IMG/VR virus record: IMGVR_UViG_3300020162_001876
Coordinates: 1-64,000 of that record
Strand: one strand, 5' to 3'
Source: a virus
DNA: 64,000 bases
Under the pieces are notes generated by a model. It did not search any database. It was not told the DNA's origin and saw only the letters and a program-made list of their open reading frames with translations. This document shows, in pieces, positions 37,044 through 46,591 of this stretch; position 1 is the stretch's first letter; each line of letters opens with the position of its first letter. Both the position numbers and the translations under genes were made by a program.

Positions 37044-37829
37044 ATGAATAAATTTAATAAAAAAAGATTATTTTTTGATATCGAAACTAGCCCAAATGTT
37101 GGTTTCTTTTGGTCTGCAGGTTACAAATTGAATGTACCTTATAGTAATATTATCAAAGAAAGAGCAATAATTTGTATATGTTACAAATGGGAAGATGAAG
37201 ATAAAGTATATTCTTTACAATGGGATAAAGACCAAAATGATAAAGATTTACTAGAAAAATTTATATTAGTAGCTAATGATGCTAAAGAATTAGTAGGTCA
37301 TAATGGTGATAAATTTGATTTACCTTGGATTAGAACACGATGTTTATTCCATGGTATACCTTGTTTTCCTAACTATACTACAATTGATACTTTAAAACAA
37401 GCACGTTCTAAATTTAGATTTAATAGTAATCGTTTAGATTATATAGCCCAATATTTAAATGTAGGTGAAAAATCTGAAACTGGAGGATTTGATTTATGGA
37501 AAGATATTGTACTAAACAATAGTCAAACTGCTATGAAAACTATGATTGAATATTGTAAAAATGATGTTGTAATTTTAGAGAAAGTATTCCATCATCTTAA
37601 AAATTATGTTCCTCATAAAACTCATTTTGGAGCATTAGAGACAGGAGAAAAAACCACTTGTCCTGAATGTGGTTCAGATGATTTAAGACATTCTCAAACT
37701 CGATACACCGCGGCAGGAACGCCTCGTGTTCAAGTACAATGCAATGATTGTCACAAATATCATACAGTAGCTAATAGGACATATGAAGCTATAACTGCTA
37801 ATCAATTGCAGAAAAAAATTAAAGAGTAA
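37044..37829 (+). CDS. RNase H-like (DEDD) 3'-5' exonuclease with C-terminal zinc ribbon
   Basis: FDIET, GHNGDKFDLP, YCKNDV; CPECG...CNDC. Confidence 0.88.
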   Translation: MNKFNKKRLFFDIETSPNVGFFWSAGYKLNVPYSNIIKERAIICICYKWEDEDKVYSLQWDKDQNDKDLLEKFILVANDAKELVGHNGDKFDLPWIRTRCLFHGIPCFPNYTTIDTLKQARSKFRFNSNRLDYIAQYLNVGEKSETGGFDLWKDIVLNNSQTAMKTMIEYCKNDVVILEKVFHHLKNYVPHKTHFGALETGEKTTCPECGSDDLRHSQTRYTAAGTPRVQVQCNDCHKYHTVANRTYEAITANQLQKKIKE

Positions 37830-37841
37830 TATTTATTTAAG

Positions 37842-38066
37842 ATGAAACTAAACGAATACCTTAAAGAAGTACAAGAAGTCCAAATTAAAATTGGAGATGA
37901 TTTCACCTTAAGAGGTGATATAGGTGTATTTAAAAAAGGAGAGATGGTTACAATTACTAATAAAAAATTAGTAGGTAATGATATTGAATTAACTTTATCA
38001 AATGGTAAAGGTAAAGAAGATAAGTTTTATTTAGATAAAAACGATGACTTTGAAGAATTAGGATAA
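37842..38066 (+). CDS. Small late protein with MKLNEYLKE leader
   Basis: Late motif upstream. Confidence 0.75.
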   Translation: MKLNEYLKEVQEVQIKIGDDFTLRGDIGVFKKGEMVTITNKKLVGNDIELTLSNGKGKEDKFYLDKNDDFEELG

Positions 38067-38524
38067 TGAAACTAACCTTATTAAAAGAAATTATTAAAGA
38101 AGAATTAAAAAAGCTCTTCGAAATAGAACCAGATCCTAATTCAGAACCTGAACTTAATATAGGAGATAAAATAGAACCAGAACCTGAAGCAGAACCTACT
38201 CCTGAACCTGATCAACCTGAATCTACTTTACCCTCAGAACAACCTCTTCAAAACATTTCAAAACAAGAGGCTGCTCAAAAGATAAGAGAAACTAAAGGAA
38301 GAATGTTTACTGTTACTTTTATTAAAAAGTCTAATGGGCAAAAAAGAACAATGAATGCTCGTTTAGGTGTTAAGGCTTATTTAAGAGGAGGAGTACTCCC
38401 ATATGATCCTAATACTAAAGGATTAATACCTTGCTATGATGTCCAAACAAAAGACTATAGAATGATTAATATTCAGGGTATAGTTAATTTAAAAACTGGT
38501 GGAGTAGAATATAATGTAGTATAA
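38066..38524 (+). CDS. Late protein: leader, PE-rich linker and Sm/WYL-like beta domain
   Basis: LKEIIKEE; FTVTFIKKSNGQKRTM...YDVQTKDYRMIN. Confidence 0.65.
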   Translation: MKLTLLKEIIKEELKKLFEIEPDPNSEPELNIGDKIEPEPEAEPTPEPDQPESTLPSEQPLQNISKQEAAQKIRETKGRMFTVTFIKKSNGQKRTMNARLGVKAYLRGGVLPYDPNTKGLIPCYDVQTKDYRMINIQGIVNLKTGGVEYNVV

Positions 38525-38542
38525 AATAAACTAATTAGTAAG

Positions 38543-38574
38543 TTTGGCTCCTAATAGGAGCCTTCTTATATTTA
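38543..38574 (+). promoter_or_regulatory. Host-sigma promoter with a 17 bp palindrome in the spacer
   Basis: TTTG-N20-TATATTTA; GGCTCCT-AAT-AGGAGCC. Confidence 0.78.
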
Positions 38575-38594
38575 AAAGTTAAAAATTATACAAT

Positions 38595-39071
38595 ATGAAT
38601 ATATTTTATATTAATGAAGATCCAATTATTGCTGCCCAAGAATTAGCAGATGATCATATTCGTAAAATGCAAATTGAATCTGCACAAATGTGTTGTACAG
38701 CTCATTGGGAAACTGGAACTGAAGCTCCTTATAAGCGAGCTCATTGGAATCATCCATCAACAAAATGGGTTAGAGAATCCATTCAGCATTATAATTGGTT
38801 AGTAGAACATGGTTTAGAAATTTGTGACCAATTTACTAAACGTTATGGTAAATTGCATAAAACACAAAGTGTATTAGAGTGGTTAAAACAAAACAAACCT
38901 CAAATTTCAGATAATGGTTTTACACCTCCCCCACAATGTATGCCTGAAGAATTTAGAATGGAAGATACAATAGAGGCTTATAAAAACTTTTATATTAATG
39001 ACAAAATTAAAATTAAAAAATTAACTTATAATAAACTAAATAATAAACCTGAATGGATAAACATATTGTAA
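38595..39071 (+). CDS. Pyrimidine-dimer DNA glycosylase family protein (DenV-like)
   Basis: MNIF...AAQELADDHIRKMQIESAQM, NHPSTKW, PPQCMP. Confidence 0.8.
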   Translation: MNIFYINEDPIIAAQELADDHIRKMQIESAQMCCTAHWETGTEAPYKRAHWNHPSTKWVRESIQHYNWLVEHGLEICDQFTKRYGKLHKTQSVLEWLKQNKPQISDNGFTPPPQCMPEEFRMEDTIEAYKNFYINDKIKIKKLTYNKLNNKPEWINIL

Positions 39072-40390
39072 TTGTAGGAGCTGGAGTAGCTGGTATTAAT
39101 GCTGCAACTAAACTAGTAGATAACAACTATAAAGGTAAAATTACTATTATTGATATGGGGAAAGATCCTCATAAAAGATTACCAAGTGAAGTAATGACTG
39201 GTATGTTAGGTGCTGGTGGTTGGTCTGATGGTAAATTAACTTATCATACAGCTATTGGTGGTCAATTAAAAAAATACTGTGGAGAAGATAAAGCAATGGA
39301 GTTAATGGATCAAGTTATAACTAACTTTAAACGTTTTCATCCTAAACCAGAAGAAGTACAATGTTCAAATCCTGATGCTGAACCTGATTTTATTAAACCA
39401 TATTTTGGTTTACGCTTATTCCCAGTATGGCACGTTGGAACTGATTATCTATTAGAAATAGCTAAAAATTGGTATTCATATTTAGTTGATAAAGGTGTTA
39501 ACTTTCAATGGGAAACTAAAGTAACTGATATTAATTTTAATCCATCTACTCCTGAATATAAAGTAATGATTCATTTAAATCTATTATCTGAACCTGATAA
39601 AACATATTATTTAGGAGGTGATAAACTTATCTTTGCTGTAGGTAAATCAGGTATTGACTTTGGTAAATCACTAGCAGATGAATATGAATTACCAACTGAA
39701 CCTAAATCAGTACAAATAGGTGTTCGTTTTGAAGCACCACAACATCACTTCCAAAAATTAATTGATATTTCATATGACTTTAAGTTATATAGAAAATTTG
39801 ATGATAAAGGAGTATCATTACGTTCATTCTGTACTAACAATAATGCAGCATATGTTGCAGTAGAAGAAACATACGGAAACTATACTTACAATGGTCATGC
39901 TAAAAAAGATGAACGTTATAGAAACAATATGACTAACTTCGGAATCATTATGGAGTTAAATGGTATTGAAAATCCATTTGAATGGTCAAGAAATGTTGTA
40001 TCACAATTGCAATCAGTAGATGGTAAAGGTTTATATTACTCTCCATCTCGTAAAGTATCACTTACCTCTGAAGGAGGTCATGTAGAAGCACATCAAATAA
40101 CAGAGGCTGATATGGTTGATGTAAGACACACTTTTGAAGGTTACTTTAAATATGTTGATGATTTTATTGATGATATGAAAAAAGTATTTCCAACATTAAA
40201 AGATGATTGGGGAATATATATTCCTGAAGTAAAATATCTATCACCTGAGCCACTTGTTGATTATACCAACTTAGCCCTGACTAAGTATCCTAACATACAT
40301 TTTGTTGGTGATGCACTTTCCGCTAGAGGTATAACAGTAAGTGGTGCACAAGGAATTTATGTCGCAGAAGATATATTAAAATATAATTAA
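39053..40390 (+). CDS. FAD-dependent oxidoreductase
   Basis: VGAGVAG Rossmann motif, GAGGWSDGKL, RSFCTN, NGHA, FVGDA. Confidence 0.88.
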   Translation: MDKHIVIVGAGVAGINAATKLVDNNYKGKITIIDMGKDPHKRLPSEVMTGMLGAGGWSDGKLTYHTAIGGQLKKYCGEDKAMELMDQVITNFKRFHPKPEEVQCSNPDAEPDFIKPYFGLRLFPVWHVGTDYLLEIAKNWYSYLVDKGVNFQWETKVTDINFNPSTPEYKVMIHLNLLSEPDKTYYLGGDKLIFAVGKSGIDFGKSLADEYELPTEPKSVQIGVRFEAPQHHFQKLIDISYDFKLYRKFDDKGVSLRSFCTNNNAAYVAVEETYGNYTYNGHAKKDERYRNNMTNFGIIMELNGIENPFEWSRNVVSQLQSVDGKGLYYSPSRKVSLTSEGGHVEAHQITEADMVDVRHTFEGYFKYVDDFIDDMKKVFPTLKDDWGIYIPEVKYLSPEPLVDYTNLALTKYPNIHFVGDALSARGITVSGAQGIYVAEDILKYN

Positions 40391-40396
40391 TTAAAA

Positions 40397-40434
40397 GGGA
40401 GGCTTGGCCTCCCATTTTTGTCTTAGTATATTTA
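40397..40434 (+). promoter_or_regulatory. Terminator overlapping a host-sigma promoter
   Basis: GGGAGGC-TTG-GCCTCCC-ATTTTT; CTTG-N20-TATATTTA. Confidence 0.75.
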
Positions 40435-40450
40435 AGTAAATAAAAAGGTT

Positions 40451-40753
40451 ATGGAATATCAAAAACTTCATGTTATAACTGAAGAAATATATCAACAGTT
40501 ACTTGATATGATTTTTTCTAAAGATGAAAATGATTTACATCTAGCGGAAGAAATTATATTAAATGCTGATACAGATGATTTAAATACTTGTCATTATATT
40601 GAGGACATATGTTTGACTTTTGTTATAACTAAACCTCAATCACCTCTTCATCATTATTATCTAGAATTAAGAAAACAACCAAATTGGAAATTAGTCCAAG
40701 AAGTCCATTTAGCCTTTCGAGACGAAGCGTTTGGCCTCTCATTTTTACCTTAG
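40451..40753 (+). CDS. Hypothetical protein sharing a helical motif with 41972-43039
   Basis: YQQLLDMIFSKDENDLHLAEEIILN. Confidence 0.75.
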   Translation: MEYQKLHVITEEIYQQLLDMIFSKDENDLHLAEEIILNADTDDLNTCHYIEDICLTFVITKPQSPLHHYYLELRKQPNWKLVQEVHLAFRDEAFGLSFLP

Positions 40754-40761
40754 TATATTTA
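40730..40761 (+). promoter_or_regulatory. Host-sigma promoter for the MoxR gene
   Basis: TTTG-N20-TATATTTA; near copy of 40403-40434. Confidence 0.7.
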
Positions 40762-40788
40762 AGCATTATTAATTTATAAATAAAAGTT

Positions 40789-41964
40789 ATGTCAAAACAA
40801 AATCTAGTATCGGTTAATGTAACCGAATTAAAAGAATTCTTAACACATATTGTTGAAAACAATCGTTTCCTACAAAGTCAAGGCAAACTACCAGTATCAA
40901 CTGAAGTCATTGGAGAATCCGGAATAGGTAAAACTTCAGCCATCGTTCAATTAGCTAAAGAGTTAGATTTAAATTTCGTTAAATTAAATTTAGCACAAAT
41001 TGAAGAAATTGGTGATTTAGTAGGTTTTCCAATTCGTCAATTTGAAGTAAAAGATGATAAAGAGACTATTTGGATTGATGAACATGCGTTTGATGAATAC
41101 CTTAAATTAGGTTATAAATCAACTGGTCAGAATCGAATGTCATATTGTCCACCTGAATGGATTGCTAACAAATCTAATGGTGGTATTTTATTATTAGATG
41201 ACTGGAATAGAGCTGATATAAGATTTATACAAGCTGTGATGGAGTTAATTGATAGACAACAATATATTAGTTGGTCTTTACCTAAAGATTGGCATATTAT
41301 ATTAACTGCTAATCCTGATAATGGAGATTATTTAGTTAATAGTATAGACAACGCACAAAAAACACGTTTTATTTCAGTACAATTAAAATATGATATTGAT
41401 TGTTGGGCTAAATGGGCTGAAGAAAATCATATTGATGGTAGATGTATTAACTTTTTATTAATGCATCCCGAATTAGTAACTAAAGATGTTAATAGTAGAA
41501 GCATATCAATGTTCTTTAATTCAATTTCATCTATTAAGAATTTTGATGACTCATTACCATTAATTCAAATGATAGGTGAAGGATCAGTAGGTCCAGAATT
41601 TAGTTCAATGTTTACTATGTTTATTAATAATAAACTAGATAAAATGATTTCACCTGAAAACATAATGAATCAAGACGAACAATATGTTTTAAATACTTTA
41701 AAATCATTAACTGGCAAAGAAGAAAAATATAGAGCTGATATCGCATCAACATTATCAACTAGAATTATTAATTTCTTAGATTTATTTGCTAAAACAAATA
41801 CTGTAGATAAACCAATCACTGAAAGATTATCTAAAATTGTAAATGAAAAAGTATTTACAACTGATATCTGCTATAATATGGTAAAATCAGTTTATAATAA
41901 TAACCCATCTAAATTCAAAACAATGATGATGGATAAGTCATTAGTTGAATTTATAATGAAATAA
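40789..41964 (+). CDS. MoxR-type AAA+ ATPase
   Basis: GESGIGKT Walker A, GDLVGFP, LLLDDWNRA Walker B, LTANP. Confidence 0.9.
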   Translation: MSKQNLVSVNVTELKEFLTHIVENNRFLQSQGKLPVSTEVIGESGIGKTSAIVQLAKELDLNFVKLNLAQIEEIGDLVGFPIRQFEVKDDKETIWIDEHAFDEYLKLGYKSTGQNRMSYCPPEWIANKSNGGILLLDDWNRADIRFIQAVMELIDRQQYISWSLPKDWHIILTANPDNGDYLVNSIDNAQKTRFISVQLKYDIDCWAKWAEENHIDGRCINFLLMHPELVTKDVNSRSISMFFNSISSIKNFDDSLPLIQMIGEGSVGPEFSSMFTMFINNKLDKMISPENIMNQDEQYVLNTLKSLTGKEEKYRADIASTLSTRIINFLDLFAKTNTVDKPITERLSKIVNEKVFTTDICYNMVKSVYNNNPSKFKTMMMDKSLVEFIMK

Positions 41965-41971
41965 TAAAATT

Positions 41972-43039
41972 ATGATAGTAAAATGTTTAGGAATATACCA
42001 AAATTCCAGTAATAATATAGATACTAGTTGGTACGGAACAACTGATTATATTATAATAGAAGATAAAACTAAATATGAAAATCTAATAGAAAAACTATTA
42101 AATCAATCCCCTAATACTAATTTAGGGGATAAAGTTTATCTAGGTAAATTATCTAATATTCCAAGACATCGAGTTAAGGAATATTTTGAAAATTCTACAA
42201 GTAAAAAAACTTCTAGAATAGAACAAGCTAATACTATTATTTTTAGTAGAGAATATTTAACTAAATTTAAAATTTTTTTAAAAAAATTAGAATTAAAAGA
42301 ATTATTACCTTTAGAAAAAACCCAAATATTACAAGATTATATAAGAAGAAATTCAAATGAATGGACTTATAAAAAAATAGCACCTGTTTTTGAGGATAAT
42401 ACTTTATTACTTATTACAAATTATTATAAAAATACCAATTTAAATGATAATTTAGTACCTAACTTTAAAAGAATAATTGACACTACCAAAATTAAAACCC
42501 AATATATAGAGGCTTTATATCGTGATAATTATACAAAAGAAGTATTAACCTACCTAGATTTAATTTTACAAAATCCATCAATTAATATATTATTTGATGA
42601 AGATTTTCTAACCGATTTAAATTCAGATGGTATTGAATTAGATAATGATTATTTATCTACTTTAAATAGTATGTTTGAAAGTAAAGAACAAGCTAATATT
42701 AACTTAGCTTTAGAAATGTTATCTAATGTTAATATTGAAAAAAATTATTTTACTATTGCTTTACTTTTAAATAGATATCAAAATCTATTCTCATGGGGTA
42801 GTGGTTTAAGTATGTCTCAAAATAAAAGTTTTAAAAGTATTGAAAAATTCTTAAAAGATAAAGGAATCAATTATCAAGCTGATTGGAGAATATTTAATGC
42901 CGCTTTATATAAAAATGCCCAAAATGATCCTGAAAAAGTTGAAATAATAATTCGTTCAGTTTTAGATAATCTAAATAAATATATGAAAGAAGGTGGTGGA
43001 AGTGGTTTAAATTTATCAAGTATAAAATTGGCCTCTTAA
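41972..43039 (+). CDS. Hypothetical protein between the MoxR and VWA genes
   Basis: ORF track; LNSMFESKEQANINLALEMLSN. Confidence 0.8.
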   Translation: MIVKCLGIYQNSSNNIDTSWYGTTDYIIIEDKTKYENLIEKLLNQSPNTNLGDKVYLGKLSNIPRHRVKEYFENSTSKKTSRIEQANTIIFSREYLTKFKIFLKKLELKELLPLEKTQILQDYIRRNSNEWTYKKIAPVFEDNTLLLITNYYKNTNLNDNLVPNFKRIIDTTKIKTQYIEALYRDNYTKEVLTYLDLILQNPSINILFDEDFLTDLNSDGIELDNDYLSTLNSMFESKEQANINLALEMLSNVNIEKNYFTIALLLNRYQNLFSWGSGLSMSQNKSFKSIEKFLKDKGINYQADWRIFNAALYKNAQNDPEKVEIIIRSVLDNLNKYMKEGGGSGLNLSSIKLAS

Positions 43040-43058
43040 AGAGGCCTTTGTATATTAT
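43027..43058 (+). promoter_or_regulatory. Host-sigma promoter with a 17 bp palindrome in the spacer
   Basis: ATTG-N20-TATATTAT; GGCCTCT-TAA-AGAGGCC. Confidence 0.7.
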
Positions 43059-43073
43059 TAAAAAATAAAAGTT

Positions 43074-44252
43074 ATGTCTATATATCATGAAATTACAAAG
43101 TTTTCTAAAACTTTAATGTTAAAAGAACCATTTTATGGTTTATTTTTAATTTCACTTAATAAGGAATTAAATACTTCAATTCCTACAGCGTGTGTAACAC
43201 CTGATAAACTTAATATTAAGTTATGTGTTAATCCTGAATTTTGGGAAAAATTAGATGAAAATACAAAATTAGCAGTTTTAAAACATGAATTGTTACATAT
43301 TGCATTTTTTCATTTACAACATTTTGATCGTTTCCCTAATAAAAAGTTATATAACGTAGCTGCTGATTTAGAAATCAATCAATATATTCAAGATGAATAT
43401 AAAGGTGAAAAATGGGATGGATTAGAATTTGATGAAGGTATTTATAAACCTTTAAATTTATTACCTAAACAAGGTACTAAATATTATTATGATAAATTGC
43501 AAGATGAATTAGATAATAATCCTGATGGTGATTTTGCTAATTATATGAATGGAATGGAGATTGATATTCATGATTTATGGGAAGCTATGGAAGGAATGGG
43601 TGAAGCAGAACGTAAATTAATAGGTAAACAAGTTGACCATCAATTAAAAGCAATTGCAGAAGAATTAGAAAAGCGCTCTAAAGGTCGAGGATTAATACCT
43701 TCTGAAATGAAGGACTATATAGACTCGTTATTTGAAATAACTGAACCTGTTTTAGATTGGAAAGCATACTTAAGAAGATTTAGTAATACCTCAAATAAAA
43801 TTATTACTAAAAAGACTAGACGTAAATTAAATAAACGTTACTCAGACAATCCCGCATTAAAAATTAAACTTAAAAAATCTACATTAGTAGCAATTGATAC
43901 ATCAGGTTCAGTTTCAAATAGTGAATTAGCAGAATTTTTTAATGAAATTTACCACATTTATAAAACTGGTACTAAAGTAACAGTAGTAGAATGTGATGCT
44001 AATATTCAAAGAGTTTACGAATATAAAGGTAAATTAGAAGATTTATCTGTTCAAGGTAGAGGTGGTACGGATTTTGAACCTGTAATGAAGTATTTAGTAG
44101 AACATAAAAATGAATTTGATAATTTAATTTATTTAACTGATGGTGAATGCAGTTCACCTGCTACTAAACCCTTAAAACCTATATTATGGGTGCATAGCTC
44201 AAAATCAAGAATAAACGAAGAATTACCAGGTACTAAAATTAAAATACAATAA
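43074..44252 (+). CDS. Metallopeptidase-VWA protein (DUF2201 type), MoxR partner
   Basis: KHELLH...NVAADLEIN; MIDAS motifs IDTSGS, GRGGTDF, YLTDG. Confidence 0.9.
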   Translation: MSIYHEITKFSKTLMLKEPFYGLFLISLNKELNTSIPTACVTPDKLNIKLCVNPEFWEKLDENTKLAVLKHELLHIAFFHLQHFDRFPNKKLYNVAADLEINQYIQDEYKGEKWDGLEFDEGIYKPLNLLPKQGTKYYYDKLQDELDNNPDGDFANYMNGMEIDIHDLWEAMEGMGEAERKLIGKQVDHQLKAIAEELEKRSKGRGLIPSEMKDYIDSLFEITEPVLDWKAYLRRFSNTSNKIITKKTRRKLNKRYSDNPALKIKLKKSTLVAIDTSGSVSNSELAEFFNEIYHIYKTGTKVTVVECDANIQRVYEYKGKLEDLSVQGRGGTDFEPVMKYLVEHKNEFDNLIYLTDGECSSPATKPLKPILWVHSSKSRINEELPGTKIKIQ

Positions 44253-44255
44253 GTT

Positions 44256-44957
44256 ATGTCACCAATGGGAATATTAAATAAAATACAAGAGTTTATCAAT
44301 CCTGATAAAAATAATGTTAAAACATTACCTCAAAAATATGATGATATTATATTTGCCCTAACTAATATTAATGATAAATTAGTATTAGGTGGTAGTTTAG
44401 GATTATATGTAATGGGTGTTATAGATTATGATTTTAAAAATCGTAAACCTGATATAGATTTTAGTTTAACTGAACAATTAACTGAAGAAGAATTACTTAC
44501 TCTTAAAGATTTTTTCAATTTAGAATTAGTAATCACCAGTGGGGATTATGATATAATTCCAGTTTCTGAGAATGGTTATGAACATAAACTTCCTAAAACT
44601 AAATCTATTTCACATTTTATTCAAAAAGAATTAATTCAACTAAGAAAAACATCTACTGAATGGATTACACCTGCAGGTGATAGTGGTTACATAGAATATA
44701 CTGTAGACTTTTTTAATAGCCAATATATTAAAAAAAGAGATATTATTTATGTTGATTATAATGGGGTAAAACTTAAAGTTAATCATCCATCTATCACATT
44801 ATCTTATAAATCAAGATACGCCTATGATAATAGAGTAGGTAAACAATACAAACACTTTAAAGATATTGGTGATATTAATTGGAAAAAATACTTTCAAATA
44901 GTAAAAAGTATTAAATCCCAATGGGTAGAAGATACATGGTTTAATGAATTTTCTTAA
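44256..44957 (+). CDS. Pol-beta superfamily nucleotidyltransferase
   Basis: LGGSLGL...PDIDF and a third Asp in VDFF. Confidence 0.72.
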   Translation: MSPMGILNKIQEFINPDKNNVKTLPQKYDDIIFALTNINDKLVLGGSLGLYVMGVIDYDFKNRKPDIDFSLTEQLTEEELLTLKDFFNLELVITSGDYDIIPVSENGYEHKLPKTKSISHFIQKELIQLRKTSTEWITPAGDSGYIEYTVDFFNSQYIKKRDIIYVDYNGVKLKVNHPSITLSYKSRYAYDNRVGKQYKHFKDIGDINWKKYFQIVKSIKSQWVEDTWFNEFS

Positions 44958-44989
44958 AATATTTAATATTTATAGAAAAATAATTATAA

Positions 44990-45472
44990 ATGTCTACTAT
45001 TGTATTGCTAAGTTGTACTAAATCTAAATTAGATAAACCCTCACAGGCGCAAGATTTATATTCTGCGTCTCCTACGTTTAAAAAAACATTAGAGTACGGT
45101 AAATCACTTAAGCCCGATAAAATGTATATTCTATCGGCAAAGCATTATTTAGTGCCTTTAACCAAAGTTTTGGCGCCATATGATAAAACTCTTAAAGAAA
45201 TGCCTAAAGAAGAAAAAGAGGCTTGGGGTGAAAAAGTATTAAATCAAATGAAACAAGTAGGAATTAATCCTGAAAAGGATCATTTTATATTTTTAACAGG
45301 TACAGAATATATGAAACCTCTATTAAAATACATTCCTGAAAATCATACTGAAATGCCTATGTCAGGTAAACGTATGGGTGAACGTATGAAATGGTTAAAC
45401 CAACAAATACAAGGTATTAAAGAAATAGTAAATTACGTTAAAAAAACATTATATGAATACTTCTCAAAATAA
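44990..45472 (+). CDS. DUF6884-like protein
   Basis: LLSCTKSK...AQDLY...YILSAKH...PYDKTL. Confidence 0.7.
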   Translation: MSTIVLLSCTKSKLDKPSQAQDLYSASPTFKKTLEYGKSLKPDKMYILSAKHYLVPLTKVLAPYDKTLKEMPKEEKEAWGEKVLNQMKQVGINPEKDHFIFLTGTEYMKPLLKYIPENHTEMPMSGKRMGERMKWLNQQIQGIKEIVNYVKKTLYEYFSK

Positions 45473-45698
45473 ATTACAAGAATATATTACTTTATATTTA
45501 AATGATTTAGAAGATTATGGAGATCAAGTTGATTGGTTATTAGCTGAGAGTGCTTTAAATCCTCTTAAAAAACTTCTTGTAGAATCCTTGGATACCTCGA
45601 ATCTTAATACTATATTGTATGAAGCTTATCAAAAAGCATCACCTGTAAAACAACATATTATCAAAGATTTTATATCTTATATAAAACAAATAAATTAA
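45453..45698 (+). CDS. Hypothetical protein
   Basis: ORF track; LAE, LVE and LYE motifs. Confidence 0.7.
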   Translation: MNTSQNKLQEYITLYLNDLEDYGDQVDWLLAESALNPLKKLLVESLDTSNLNTILYEAYQKASPVKQHIIKDFISYIKQIN

Positions 45699-45704
45699 TT
45701 CCTT

Positions 45705-45956
45705 ATGGAAACAGTTACAAATAATGATTATAGAACACGCACTATAAAAACGCCTGATAAAATACAAATTACCTTTTTTGATAATAAATTTCACTGTTGG
45801 GATCATGCAGCAATTAAATATCCTAAAGAAATGAAGAAAAAAGATGAATACTACCTTTATGGTTTTCAATATACTAAAGAAGATTGGGTTGAAGCACGTA
45901 AAGATAGAAATGGAGTGCCTCCAGATAAGAACCCACAAGTTAAATCAAGATTTTAA
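45705..45956 (+). CDS. Hypothetical protein
   Basis: KFHCWDHAAIKY...EYYLYG. Confidence 0.75.
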   Translation: METVTNNDYRTRTIKTPDKIQITFFDNKFHCWDHAAIKYPKEMKKKDEYYLYGFQYTKEDWVEARKDRNGVPPDKNPQVKSRF

Positions 45957-45964
45957 TAAATAAA

Positions 45965-45996
45965 TTTGGCTCCTGTAAGGAGCCTTATTATATTAA
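45965..45996 (+). promoter_or_regulatory. Host-sigma promoter with a 17 bp palindrome in the spacer
   Basis: TTTG-N20-TATATTAA; GGCTCCT-GTA-AGGAGCC. Confidence 0.78.
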
Positions 45997-46019
45997 TATA
46001 TTATAAAAATTAAAGTTAT

Positions 46020-46550
46020 ATGAAAATAGGTTTATGTGGTACAGTAAGTGTTGGAAAAACAACATTAGTTAATGCTTTAAAAGAATTACCACAATTTAAA
46101 GATTATTATTTTGCTACTGAACGTAGTAAATATTTAAGAGATTTAGGCATTCCTCTAAATACTGATTCAACATTAAAAGGTCAGACAATATTCTTATCAG
46201 AACGTTGTGCTGAATTAATGCATGAAAATATGATTACTGATAGAACAGTTATTGATGTAATGTCATTTACACAAGCTGCTAAATCAATAAAAGTAGCAGA
46301 TAAAATTTCATATGAGGAATATGCTCGTAATTTCATTAATGAGTATGATTATATTTTTTATGTATCTCCTGATGGGGTAGAAATAGAAGATAATGGAGTA
46401 AGAGAAACTAATGCTGAATATAGAGATCAAATTGATTTTCTTATTAAAGGTATTCTTACAATTTACTCACATAGAATCAAAAATTTACATACAATATCAG
46501 GTAGTACTGAGGAAAGAATTAAACAAATAATAGAAACCATTTCTTTATAA
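46020..46550 (+). CDS. P-loop nucleotide kinase (NadR/AAA_28-like)
   Basis: GTVSVGKTT, ITDRTVID, EDNGVR, GSTEER. Confidence 0.82.
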   Translation: MKIGLCGTVSVGKTTLVNALKELPQFKDYYFATERSKYLRDLGIPLNTDSTLKGQTIFLSERCAELMHENMITDRTVIDVMSFTQAAKSIKVADKISYEEYARNFINEYDYIFYVSPDGVEIEDNGVRETNAEYRDQIDFLIKGILTIYSHRIKNLHTISGSTEERIKQIIETISL

Positions 46551-46591
46551 TATTTATATCAAAAATATTAAATTTAAAACCCTAAAATAAA

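Noticed and set aside
44256-46550. NAD-reconstitution or 7-deazaguanine DNA modification pathway
   Set aside because: No recognisable Adps/Namat/NadV or DpdA/QueCDE/FolE genes, and the ORFs lie in different transcription units.
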